Made by a program: the position numbers and the translations under genes
The notes under the pieces: model-generated
Databases searched by the model: none
Seen by the model: only the letters and a program-made list of their open reading frames with translations
What the model was told of the DNA's origin: nothing
NCBI GenBank assembly: GCA_002450015.1
Contig: DJYG01000037.1
Coordinates: forward strand, 3,149 to 67,148
Length of the DNA stretch: 64,000 nucleotides
Source of the DNA: Cyanobacteria bacterium UBA6984
GTDB lineage: Bacteria; Cyanobacteriota; Vampirovibrionia; Gastranaerophilales; Gastranaerophilaceae
Direction: 5' to 3'
Part shown: positions 55,207 to 64,000 of the stretch, in pieces
Position numbering within the stretch: position 1 is the stretch's first letter
How the letters are laid out: every line of letters starts with the position of its first letter

Positions 55207-55689
55207 TTAAATATCAGCAGTACAATGAGGACATTTTGATGCTTTTATATCAATAGTTGAAAAACATCTTGGACATTCCTTAGTTGTACATTCTTCAGTT
55301 TTTTCTTCACATTTTTTAGCTGCTAAATTTTGCAATTTGTTCATTCCTTTTACTAACAAAAATACGCAAAAAGCAACAATGATAAAGCTAATAATTGTAT
55401 TTATAAATAAACCATAATTAATTGTTACTGCACCTGCTGCTTGTGCTGCCTCTAATGATGGATATTTTACAATTTCACCTTCTGCGTTTGGTAATGTTAT
55501 GTATAAATTCGTAAAATCAACTTTTCCCATTAACCAGCCTAATGGAGGCATAAATACATCTTTTACCATTGAATCAATTACTTTTCCAAATGCAGCACCA
55601 ATAATGATACCAACAGCCATATCCATTACGTTGCCTCTCATTGCAAAAGTTTTAAATTCATTTAAACTGTTTTTTAACCAATCAAACAT
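55207..55689 (-). CDS. mscL: large-conductance mechanosensitive channel MscL with C-terminal CxxC...CxxC extension
   Basis: [36 protein letters not shown]-terminal [18 protein letters not shown]. Confidence 0.9.
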   Translation of the reverse strand: MFDWLKNSLNEFKTFAMRGNVMDMAVGIIIGAAFGKVIDSMVKDVFMPPLGWLMGKVDFTNLYITLPNAEGEIVKYPSLEAAQAAGAVTINYGLFINTIISFIIVAFCVFLLVKGMNKLQNLAAKKCEEKTEECTTKECPRCFSTIDIKASKCPHCTADI

Positions 55690-55737
55690 TATATTTCTCC
55701 TTATTAATATCCTGTTTAAAATATAACATGAAAAAAT

Positions 55738-55778
55738 AAAAACAAAAAGTCGGGCGCAGAAAAAACTCTGCGCCCGAC
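55738..55778 (-). terminator. rho-independent terminator of the ferritin-like gene (minus strand)
   Basis: GC-rich stem GTCGGGCGCAG / CTGCGCCCGAC with an 8-nt loop. On the minus strand it is followed by TTTTTGTTTT. Confidence 0.9.
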
Positions 55779-55791
55779 TAGGTATTATATT

Positions 55792-57096
55792 TTACTTACA
55801 TTCGTGAATAATTTCTTCTTCTTTCATCATTGCTTTTGTTTCTTCTACTGAAACTGTGTCTAGAGCTTGGACTTTTTCTAATCCTTTTTCCAATAATTTT
55901 GCTTGTTGAGATTTAAGTTCATCATCTGCAATTACCAAATCTCTGCCTTTTGCAGCAGTAATTATTTGTATTACATTTTCAGTTGGAGAGCCTTCTTCGT
56001 TAGCTTTTTTCTGTATTGCATAGCTTGCCCAATCTTCAGGCAAATCTTTAATATTTGCATATCCTTTGTCACCGGTTATACGTTTTTGAATTTGCGCTTG
56101 TAAAACATTTTTTACGTATTCTTTTTGTGACATAAATCTGCAAGGAATTATTATATCTGTTCCAATAACTTCTTCAGGATCACGTTTTTCACGTTTTTTG
56201 AAAATATCTGCTGCAATTTTTAAATGGCCTATTTCAAAATCTAAGAACATTTCCCAAATTTTCTTAAATCTGTCATCAACTTCATCTGTCATGCAGGTGT
56301 AATATGTGCAAACTTCCGTAAATTCGTGTAAAAGAAGTTTTTCATACCAAGATTCGGTAGGGTCAATCAAAGATTCATACATTGTAACGTGTTCTTCTTC
56401 CACGTCTTTAATTTCTGCATAAGTTTCTCTTATACATTGATTACCGTATTGCATACCGTGTTCAGCGTAAAAATTGTGTGTTTGTTGTTCTCCTGAAACA
56501 AGAGTGTAAAGATTAACTTTTGTTTGAGGTGCAGCTGTTGTTTTATCATAAGGCTTACGAAGTCTTACGATATTGCAATTGTGGTGATATTGAGTCGGAC
56601 GTCCTAAAATTACGTCGGTGTTGCCTTGCAAAATATCATTAGGACTTATGCCATGTTCCATATATGCCCATTGACTGTATCTGTACAGATGGTCAAAATC
56701 TTCCAATAAGCCAAAGTCAAAAGTTTCTTTTACATATTCATCAGGTTCATTTTGCGCCATCCAAGCTGTCATTTCTACTGCTACTTGTTCATAGCCTAAT
56801 GTTGTTTCCAAAACAGACTGATCTGCCGGCGTTTGCCAGTTTACTGTTGTTTGTTGGGCATCTTCAATTCTTTTGGATACTGCAAGAAATTCTTGAACTT
56901 CAGTGTCAGTTGTTGTTCTTGAAAAATTATGCTTAAAGTTCCATGCTTCTATTTCTATTCCATTCATAAGAATTTGTCTTGTTCGTGTATAGCAATCAAC
57001 TTCTGTTTTATTAAACGGTTTTTTGGCAATTTCGTGCCAATTTCTAAGTTGTTTTTCTAGTGGTGTACCTTTTTCTTTTAATGCATTAAAACTCAT
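55792..57096 (-). CDS. hypothetical protein, possible ferritin-like (di-iron carboxylate) fold
   Basis: E / ExxH / E / ExxH-like spacing: SGEQQTH, VEEEHVTMYE, LHEFTE, FEIGHLKIAADIF. No family assignment is possible by eye. Confidence 0.4.
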   Translation of the reverse strand: MSFNALKEKGTPLEKQLRNWHEIAKKPFNKTEVDCYTRTRQILMNGIEIEAWNFKHNFSRTTTDTEVQEFLAVSKRIEDAQQTTVNWQTPADQSVLETTLGYEQVAVEMTAWMAQNEPDEYVKETFDFGLLEDFDHLYRYSQWAYMEHGISPNDILQGNTDVILGRPTQYHHNCNIVRLRKPYDKTTAAPQTKVNLYTLVSGEQQTHNFYAEHGMQYGNQCIRETYAEIKDVEEEHVTMYESLIDPTESWYEKLLLHEFTEVCTYYTCMTDEVDDRFKKIWEMFLDFEIGHLKIAADIFKKREKRDPEEVIGTDIIIPCRFMSQKEYVKNVLQAQIQKRITGDKGYANIKDLPEDWASYAIQKKANEEGSPTENVIQIITAAKGRDLVIADDELKSQQAKLLEKGLEKVQALDTVSVEETKAMMKEEEIIHECK

Positions 57097-57116
57097 TTTT
57101 AATTTCCTTTCTTTTT

Positions 57117-58430
57117 TTATAAATTTATTGCGTAACTAAATAATTTAGCGACTTCAAGGTTATATTGACGTCCGTCATCCTTTGCAAATAAATGTTCCCA
57201 ATGGCTTTTTGGACTACCATTTTCTGAATATGACGGATTAGACATCATTAAGTGGTGTGTACTTGTATCGTAGCGAAGCGGAAACAAGTCTTCCATTTGC
57301 ATAAAACTCGGAAGTTTATCACTAGGATATTCGTAGCCAAACAGAACATTATGTATTCTAAAAAGTCTGTTTTCATAGCTTCTTCCACCTTCATCATTGT
57401 CATTTGAAACTTCTATTCCGGGTGCATAATTTGTTTTATATTTTAATTCGTGCGACCATTGTTTTATTGAATTTATGTCTTCGGGTGAAATAAATGCAGT
57501 TCCTGTTGTAAATCCTAAGTTTTCGTACCTGTTAAAATCTTCTGTTGATTTTTCTCCGGCAAAACTAAGTGTCATACAGCCTGAACGTTTGCGAATTTCA
57601 TCCAAAATATATTGCATTTGTTGATATTCCGGTAAAGCGCCTACCCCTGCATAATTTTCCATGTCATATCCGCCAATGTGTTTGGCTGAATCGACAAATA
57701 TTGCTTCAAATCCCAGTTTTACAAGTTTTACATGTTCATTTATAAACATTTCTTGGTGTTCCGGATTATCCCATTTGAATATTTCTTCATTACCATTTTT
57801 ATTTATAATTTTTATTTGATCAGCTGAAATTACTGTTCTAAAACCTGTTTTTAGTCCGTGAATATATGCGAGCAGATTAAATGCTTTAAATTGTTCTTCA
57901 GGAGTGATTTTTTTCGATATATCAAAGTCAATAATATTATGGCTGTAACCTGCATTAAGTTTTATTCCATAAATTGAATTTTCTTCATTCGGGAGTTTTA
58001 CATGTCCATCTCCGTAAATATTAGGAAAGATTTGAGATAATATTATACAATTAGCCCAGCTTTTAGCAGACGGCGGTATTGCAGGTAATATTTTTATAGA
58101 ACTTAAAATTCCGTTTTTAGTTTTATTTTTGTGCATTTCTGCTATGGCACGGTTATTGATTTCAACATAGTTAGCTCGTCTTCCCCAATTATCACCATAA
58201 TTCGGAGTTGTTATGTTGTCAGGAAATTCTTTATAAAATTCTCCGCTTTCATTTATTGTAACTAATATATTTATTGCATCTTTAACGCTTTGGTTAAGAA
58301 GTTCAGACGGAATAATTCCTGCTAACCATTTCTTTTTTTCAGCTTTGAATAAATACGGTTCTATTTTTTTATTCGGTGTTAGTTTAATATTTTCTTTTAA
58401 AGATTTCAGGAGTTTGTTTACTTCGTTCAT
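57117..58430 (-). CDS. hypothetical protein, weak resemblance to alpha-amylase-family (GH13-like) TIM-barrel enzymes
   Basis: GFEAIFVDSAKHIGG resembles the GFRxDxxKH region, SFAGEKS resembles the acid/base region, and EVSNDND resembles the NHD region. The call is speculative. Confidence 0.3.
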   Translation of the reverse strand: MNEVNKLLKSLKENIKLTPNKKIEPYLFKAEKKKWLAGIIPSELLNQSVKDAINILVTINESGEFYKEFPDNITTPNYGDNWGRRANYVEINNRAIAEMHKNKTKNGILSSIKILPAIPPSAKSWANCIILSQIFPNIYGDGHVKLPNEENSIYGIKLNAGYSHNIIDFDISKKITPEEQFKAFNLLAYIHGLKTGFRTVISADQIKIINKNGNEEIFKWDNPEHQEMFINEHVKLVKLGFEAIFVDSAKHIGGYDMENYAGVGALPEYQQMQYILDEIRKRSGCMTLSFAGEKSTEDFNRYENLGFTTGTAFISPEDINSIKQWSHELKYKTNYAPGIEVSNDNDEGGRSYENRLFRIHNVLFGYEYPSDKLPSFMQMEDLFPLRYDTSTHHLMMSNPSYSENGSPKSHWEHLFAKDDGRQYNLEVAKLFSYAINL

Positions 58431-58579
58431 AATAATGTTATTGTATTTTTTTAATATATTTTTTAATCAGACAATGTAGTAATATGATTAGCACTAAATG
58501 AATATTACCCGTAAGAATAAGGACAAATTTGCTGAATTATTTTAATATGTATTTGAAAAATATTATAAGGAGAGGTTAA

Positions 58580-60106
58580 ATGTTTTGTTTTCAATGTGAA
58601 CAAACTAAATGCAATAAATATTGTCAGGATATAGGTGTATGCGGTAAAACCGAATTAACAGCTTTTCTTCAAGATAAAATCGTAAGTGCATTGGTCGATT
58701 TGGCAAATGGAGCAGAGAGGAATAAGAAAAATACAAATTTGATTATTGAAGGTTTGTTTATGACAGTTACAAACGTTAATTTTGATGATTCCTTTTTGCA
58801 AAAATCCTTAGATGTAATTAAAAATTCATATTATTCTGAAACTCCTTTTGATATTAAACAGCTTTGGGCAGAAAATGATGATTTAAGAAGTTTAAAATCA
58901 ATTATTTTGTTTGGTTTAAAAGGTATGGCAGCTTTTGCATATCATGCAAGGAGATTTAATTTTAAGAGTGAAGTGGTTGACAGTTTTTTTTATGAAGGTT
59001 TGCAGGCTCTTTCAAAAGATTTAAGTTTAAATGAATTAGGCGCTTTAGTGTTGAAAACAGGCAAAATAAATTTAAAAGCCCTAGAACTTCTTGATAAAGC
59101 AAATACTGAAACTTATGGTCATCCTATTCCAACTTACGTATCTACAAATATTGAAGAAGGTCCGTTTATTGTAGTTACAGGTCATGATTTGCAAGATTTA
59201 GCATTGCTTTTGGAACAGACTAAAGATAAAGGAATAAATATTTATACACATGGTGAAATGCTTCCTTCACATGCATATCCTCAATTAAAAAAATATTCTC
59301 ATTTAAAAGGTAATTTTGGTACTGCATGGCAAAATCAGCAAAAAGAATTTGAAAATATTCCTGCACCAATTTTGTTTACAACAAATTGCATGATGCCTGT
59401 TGAGGAAAGTTATGCTGATAGAGCTTATACTACTTCAGTGGTGTCATATCCAAATGTTCAGCATATTGACAATAATAAAGATTTTACACCATTGATTAAA
59501 AAATCTCTTGAACTTGGTGGTTATAAAACTATGCAAAAAAGAACCGGTTTAAATGGCGGGAGTGTTCTTTCTGTCGGATATGGACGTAACACTGTTATTT
59601 CAGTTGCGGACAGAATAGTTGATTTGCTGCATGACGGAAAAATAAAACATATATTTATTGTTGGCGGATGTGATGGTGCAAAAATAGGCAGGAATTACTA
59701 TACTGAATTTGTAAGAAAAATTCCTTCAGATTCTTTAATATTGACATACGCTTGTGGAAAATACAGATTTAATGATATTTTTACTGACAAAATAGAAGAT
59801 ATTCCGCGTATTATGGATATGGGACAGTGTAATGATACATATTCCGCAATTAAAATAGTTGAAGAATTGGCTAAAAGACTAAATTGCAGTATAGGTGGTC
59901 TTCCTGTATCATTTGTAATATCTTGGTATGAGCAAAAAAGTATAAGCATTTTGCTGACACTTTTATATTTAGGAATACAAAATATAAGGCTTGGTCCGGG
60001 AATGCCTGCATTTGTTTCTCCAAATATAATGAGAATGCTGATAAATAAATTTAAAATAAAGCCAATATCTACACCTGATGAAGATTTAAAAGCTATTTTA
60101 GGATGA
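58580..60106 (+). CDS. hcp: hybrid cluster protein / hydroxylamine reductase
   Basis: MFCFQCEQT...C...C N-terminal Cys cluster. Hcp-like length and blocks (VVTGHDL, FTTNCMMP, MGQCNDTYSA). Confidence 0.9.
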   Translation: MFCFQCEQTKCNKYCQDIGVCGKTELTAFLQDKIVSALVDLANGAERNKKNTNLIIEGLFMTVTNVNFDDSFLQKSLDVIKNSYYSETPFDIKQLWAENDDLRSLKSIILFGLKGMAAFAYHARRFNFKSEVVDSFFYEGLQALSKDLSLNELGALVLKTGKINLKALELLDKANTETYGHPIPTYVSTNIEEGPFIVVTGHDLQDLALLLEQTKDKGINIYTHGEMLPSHAYPQLKKYSHLKGNFGTAWQNQQKEFENIPAPILFTTNCMMPVEESYADRAYTTSVVSYPNVQHIDNNKDFTPLIKKSLELGGYKTMQKRTGLNGGSVLSVGYGRNTVISVADRIVDLLHDGKIKHIFIVGGCDGAKIGRNYYTEFVRKIPSDSLILTYACGKYRFNDIFTDKIEDIPRIMDMGQCNDTYSAIKIVEELAKRLNCSIGGLPVSFVISWYEQKSISILLTLLYLGIQNIRLGPGMPAFVSPNIMRMLINKFKIKPISTPDEDLKAILG

Positions 60107-60120
60107 ATTAATATGTTATT

Positions 60121-61350
60121 TTAAATATATTTTCTGTCAACAAGTTCATCAGGCATAAATTGTTGATATTGGTCTGGTGCGTTGTGTGAATAGACATATC
60201 CAACACCAAACCCATATTTTGAAGCATCTTTGTAATGTGCGTCGCGGAGGTGCATTGGTGGAGGATAGTCTTTTCCGTTATTTATGTCAGAAAGAGCTTC
60301 ATCAATTGCACAAATAGTTTGATTGGATTTTTTTGAGTTTGCTACATAAATTACAGCTTCAGCAAGCGGAATTCTGGCTTCAGGGAATCCTAATATTTCA
60401 ACAGCGTGATATGCGCTTACGGCAAGTGATAATGCCATTGGATTTGCATTGCCGACATCTTCTGCTGCACAAACAATCAAGCGTCTTGCAATAAATCTTG
60501 GATCTTCGCCTGAAGCTATCATTTTAGCAAGATAATAAATTGCAGCATTAGCGTCAGAGCCTCTTAGGCTTTTTTGAAATGCAGATGCGCAATCATAATG
60601 TTCTTGCTGTGAATATCTTGTTTTTCTTGATTGTGCAAGCCTTTCAAGTTCAGAAACTTCAATTTTTCTTTTTTCTCCATCAAATGAACTTGAAAAATAA
60701 GCATTTTCTACAAGATTTAGGGCAAATCTTGCGTCACCTCTTGATAAATTAACAATGAAATCACAAACATCTTGAGAATATTCAACGGGTTGATAGTTTT
60801 CGTTTAAATAATCAAATCCTTTTTTTATAACTTTATTTATAGAACTGTCATCAAGATTTTCCAGTCTTATAACTTGAACTCTTGATAGTAATGCCGGAAT
60901 TACCTGAAATGATGGATTTTCCGTAGTTGAACCAATTAAAAATAATGTCCCGTTTTCAAGGTGTGGCAAAAGAGCATCTTGTTGAGTCTTTGAATATCTG
61001 TGAATTTCATCAATAAACAAAATAGTTTTTTGATTATTCCTTAGAGCTTCTTTTGCGGCATCAACAGAATCTTTAATATCTTTTACTCCTGATGTTACTG
61101 CTGAAATTTCTATAAATTGAGCATTAACAGTTTTTGATATAATTCTTGCAAGAGTAGTTTTTCCACATCCTGAAGGTCCCCATAGTATTAAAGAAAAAAG
61201 TCTTCCGGAATTTAATAAATTATATAGTGGTGATGATTTAGCAACAACATCGTATTGTCCAAAATATTCATCAAAATTCTTTGGTCTGAGAATTTCAGCA
61301 AGAGGAATTTGTTTATTTTTATTTTCAAGTTCCGTAAATAAATTATTCAT
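60121..61350 (-). CDS. rarA: replication-associated recombination protein A (AAA+ ATPase RarA/MgsA)
   Basis: Walker A GPSGCGKTT, Walker B ILFIDEIHR, C-terminal HLRDAHY...GYVYSH. ATG 61350 (MNNLFTE) is preferred over the track start. Confidence 0.9.
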   Translation of the reverse strand: MNNLFTELENKNKQIPLAEILRPKNFDEYFGQYDVVAKSSPLYNLLNSGRLFSLILWGPSGCGKTTLARIISKTVNAQFIEISAVTSGVKDIKDSVDAAKEALRNNQKTILFIDEIHRYSKTQQDALLPHLENGTLFLIGSTTENPSFQVIPALLSRVQVIRLENLDDSSINKVIKKGFDYLNENYQPVEYSQDVCDFIVNLSRGDARFALNLVENAYFSSSFDGEKRKIEVSELERLAQSRKTRYSQQEHYDCASAFQKSLRGSDANAAIYYLAKMIASGEDPRFIARRLIVCAAEDVGNANPMALSLAVSAYHAVEILGFPEARIPLAEAVIYVANSKKSNQTICAIDEALSDINNGKDYPPPMHLRDAHYKDASKYGFGVGYVYSHNAPDQYQQFMPDELVDRKYI

Positions 61351-61382
61351 GATATAATTGTAGCACCAAAAGGCACAAATCA

Positions 61383-62618
61383 ATGAAAAAAAATCTAATT
61401 ATTATAATATCAATAATAACGCTGTTATTTGCGTCATTTATAGCATTTTCAATTACTCCAAGGAATGTTTTAGGAGAAAAAGAGGTCGTTTTTTGGACAC
61501 TTCAAATGAATGAATTTACATCATATATGACAGATGTAATCGCAAAATTTGAATATGAAAATCCTGATATAAAAATAAAATGGATTGATGTTCCATTTTC
61601 AGAAGGAGAAAAAAGGACTCTGGCTGCGATTTTGAGTAATAATCCGCCTTCTTTGGTAAATTTAAATCCTGATTTTTCTTCGGTTTTAGCTCAAAAAGGT
61701 GCATTAGAAGAAATTAATACAGAAAGTCTTATTGATTTTAATAAGCAATTGTTAAAATCTCTTGAAGTTGATGGAAAGATTTATGCAATTCCATGGTATG
61801 CAACATCAGCAGTAACTATATATAATAAAAAACTATTGACAAAAGCAGGTTTTCAAATGCCGCCTGTGACTTATGAAAATTATGGTCAATATGCAAAAGA
61901 TGTTAAGCAAAAAACAGGTGCATATATATTTATGCCAACTATTACAGAAAATGATACTATGCTTAAAGTTTTAAATAAATATGGTATAAATTCTTCAAAT
62001 AAATTAGATAGTGACGAGTCTGTGAAAATTTTTAATTTTTACAGAGATTTATATAAACAAAATTTGATACCTGAAGAAAGTGTTACACAAACTCACCGTG
62101 AGGCTTTGGAAAAATATATGTCAGGTAATGTTGTAACAATTCAAGCTGGCGCAAATTTCCTAAATATGATAAAAGAAAATGCTCCAAATGTGTATAAAAA
62201 TACTGATATTGCTCCGCAAGCCGTAGGCAAATTAGGACAAAATGATTTTTCTATGATGAATTTTGTTATTCCAAAGCGAGCTAAAAATAAAGATGCAGCA
62301 TTAAAATTTGCATTATTTTTAACCAATGAAGAAAATCAATTAGAACTTGCTAAACTGACAAATGTGCTGGCAACAAATGAAAAAGCTCTTAAAAATGAAT
62401 TTTATAATAAATACGATGAAAAAGATTTGATGGCAAAAGCAAGAGTAACAAGTTCTAAACAATTGTATAAAATTGAACCGGTATTAAAATCTATAAAAAA
62501 TCAAAAAGAAATAAATACATTAATAAATACAGCTGTTCAGATGATATTGCTTGATTCTGTTGATACAAAAAAAGTTCTTGATTCGGCTCGCAAAAAATGG
62601 GATAAACTTAACGGATAA
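61383..62618 (+). CDS. ABC transporter solute-binding protein (family 1, sugar-type), orphan
   Basis: N-terminal anchor/signal KKNLIIIISIITLLFASFIAF. Typical SBP blocks (IPWYATSAVTIYNKKLL). No permease or ATPase gene adjacent. Confidence 0.8.
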   Translation: MKKNLIIIISIITLLFASFIAFSITPRNVLGEKEVVFWTLQMNEFTSYMTDVIAKFEYENPDIKIKWIDVPFSEGEKRTLAAILSNNPPSLVNLNPDFSSVLAQKGALEEINTESLIDFNKQLLKSLEVDGKIYAIPWYATSAVTIYNKKLLTKAGFQMPPVTYENYGQYAKDVKQKTGAYIFMPTITENDTMLKVLNKYGINSSNKLDSDESVKIFNFYRDLYKQNLIPEESVTQTHREALEKYMSGNVVTIQAGANFLNMIKENAPNVYKNTDIAPQAVGKLGQNDFSMMNFVIPKRAKNKDAALKFALFLTNEENQLELAKLTNVLATNEKALKNEFYNKYDEKDLMAKARVTSSKQLYKIEPVLKSIKNQKEINTLINTAVQMILLDSVDTKKVLDSARKKWDKLNG

Positions 62619-62723
62619 ATGCTTTACAGTAAGTAAAGATTTTATATGCAGGCATGTAAACGCTTTATATTTGTAATATAATATACATAGATATACAATT
62701 AAATAATATTGGGGGATTTTATA

Positions 62724-64000
62724 ATGGAAGAAATTCAAGGCGGAACAGCTGTTGAACCAAAACAAGGGTATGACGCAAGTAATATTCGTGTGCTGGAAGG
62801 TTTGGAAGCTGTAAGAATGCGTCCTGGGATGTATATAGGTTCAACATCACAAAGAGGTTTGCACCATTGTATATATGAAATTGTTGATAATTCTATTGAT
62901 GAATCATTGGCAGGATACTGTACCGAAATAAGAGTAAAGGTTAATACAGACCATAGTATTACAGTAGAAGATAATGGACGTGGTATTCCTGTTGATATAA
63001 AACCTGAATCAGGTAAGTCTGCTTTAGAAATTGTTCATACTGTTCTTCACGCAGGCGGCAAATTCGGTGATGGAGGTTATAAAGTATCAGGCGGACTTCA
63101 CGGTGTTGGTGCGTCTGTTGTAAACGCTCTTTCAGAGAAAATGGTAGTTGAAGTATCAAGAAATGGCGGAGTATATAAGCAAGAATACTTTAGAGGTGAA
63201 CCTTCAGCACCTGTTGAAAGAATTAGAGATACTGATAAAACAGGTACAAAATCAAGATTTTGGCCTGATCCAGAAATTTTTCAAGAAACTATTGAAGTTG
63301 ATAAAGATGTTATTGCAAACAGACTTCGCGAAATGGCATTTTTAAATAAAGGGTTAAAGATTATTTTTATAGACGGAAAAACAAATGAAGAAGAAGTTTT
63401 TCACTATGAAGGCGGTATTGCTGAATATGTTTTGTTCTTAAATAAAAATAAAACAGCTTTATTTGAAGAACCAATTTATATAGACAAAATGGTAGATGAT
63501 ATGCGTGTAGAAGTTGCAATGCAATACACTGATGCATATAATGAAAGTATTTTATCATTTGCAAATAATATTAATACTCATAGCGGTGGTACTCACCTTA
63601 CAGGTTTTAGAAACGGTATTACTCGCGTATTAAATGATTATGCAAGAAAAAATAATATACTTAAAGATTCTGATCAAAATTTAACAGGTGATGATGTTAG
63701 AGAAGGTTTGACAGCTATTGTTAGTGTTAAACTTCCAAACCCTGAGTTTGAAGGTCAAACAAAAGAAAAACTCGGAAGTCAAGAAGCCATGGGTGCTGTT
63801 CAAGATTCAATTAGGGATAAATTCCAAGAATGGCTTGAATTTAATCCTAAAATTGCAAGAACAATTATAGAAAAAACACTTCAAGCGCAAAGAGCAAGAG
63901 AAGCTGCAAGAAAAGCAAGAGAGTTAACAAGAAGAAAAACCGTTCTTGAAAATTCAACTCTTCCGGGCAAACTTGCTGATTGTTCGAATAGAGAACCTGA
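62724..64000 (+). CDS. gyrB: DNA gyrase subunit B (5' part, runs off the window)
   Basis: Not in the ORF track because no stop lies inside the window. My translation from ATG 62724: [41 protein letters not shown]...[14 protein letters not shown]...[15 protein letters not shown]. Confidence 0.95.
   Translation, partial: MEEIQGGTAVEPKQGYDASNIRVLEGLEAVRMRPGMYIGSTSQRGLHHCIYEIVDNSIDESLAGYCTEIRVKVNTDHSITVEDNGRGIPVDIKPESGKSALEIVHTVLHAGGKFGDGGYKVSGGLHGVGASVVNALSEKMVVEVSRNGGVYKQEYFRGEPSAPVERIRDTDKTGTKSRFWPDPEIFQETIEVDKDVIANRLREMAFLNKGLKIIFIDGKTNEEEVFHYEGGIAEYVLFLNKNKTALFEEPIYIDKMVDDMRVEVAMQYTDAYNESILSFANNINTHSGGTHLTGFRNGITRVLNDYARKNNILKDSDQNLTGDDVREGLTAIVSVKLPNPEFEGQTKEKLGSQEAMGAVQDSIRDKFQEWLEFNPKIARTIIEKTLQAQRAREAARKARELTRRKTVLENSTLPGKLADCSNREP

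Noticed and set aside
55207-55300. C-terminal CPRC-x11-CPHC zinc-ribbon extension on MscL as a novel fusion
   Set aside because: I recall similar Cys-rich C-terminal tails on MscL homologs from several anaerobe lineages, so it is probably a known lineage variant rather than a new architecture. It is recorded in the feature call only.
1-64000. Search for tRNA, rRNA, transposase, integrase or prophage genes and for known defence systems (restriction-modification, CBASS, retron, Cas and similar)
   Set aside because: Intergenic regions are short, mostly under 220 bp, and none shows cloverleaf-like tRNA arms or rRNA-like GC-rich blocks. No ORF has DDE, tyrosine/serine recombinase, methyltransferase-endonuclease or cyclase/reverse-transcriptase motifs. 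The SNF2 helicase at the left edge could belong to a system lying outside the window, which cannot be judged here.

Overview
Dense, low-GC (about 30% G+C by eye) bacterial chromosomal segment with about 63 protein-coding genes on both strands. I recognised no rRNA, tRNA, CRISPR array, transposase or integrase. The gene content suggests a diderm anaerobe: Kdo transferase, type IV pilin-like proteins plus prepilin peptidase, flagellar rod genes, EtfAB, hybrid-cluster protein and HD-GYP signalling. It resembles non-photosynthetic cyanobacteria-like (Melainabacteria/Gastranaerophilales-type) gut genomes, but that is only a low-confidence inference. Main blocks: (1) SNF2 helicase, hemolysin III, a DHH phosphoesterase and a first galactofuranose-related glycan unit (1-7.9 kb). 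(2) A histidine-kinase-less signalling operon: GAF-HD-GYP, TPR, two REC-LuxR regulators, pentapeptide protein, then rsmE and cca (8-15 kb). (3) purA-etfA-etfB-small Cys protein-NfnA/PyrK-like reductase on the minus strand (15-19 kb). (4) A nine-gene glycan cluster with a second glf, then waaA (19-29 kb). (5) Aminotransferase, ACT protein, REC-HD-GYP, alanine symporter, GT4 (29-34 kb). (6) A pilus-related regulatory cluster: pilin-like gene, XRE, ECF sigma/anti-sigma, pilD, group-3 sigma (34-38.5 kb). (7) A large DHH protein, trpR-like plus trpB, and a second pilin-XRE pair (38.6-44 kb). (8) RR-HK-flgB-flgC-fliE-rimO (44-49 kb). (9) The most unusual region (49.4-54.3 kb): three mosaic genes of unknown function that share shuffled modules, including an annexin-like repeat, a 417-bp near-identical duplication and a hexanucleotide Gly/Ser repeat. 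A higBA toxin-antitoxin pair follows. (10) mscL, a ferritin-like/TIM-barrel-like gene pair, hcp, rarA, an orphan solute-binding protein and the 5' part of gyrB. All functional calls rest on motifs read by eye from the supplied translations. No database search or alignment program was run. Hairpin and motif coordinates were hand-counted and may be off by 1-2 nt.
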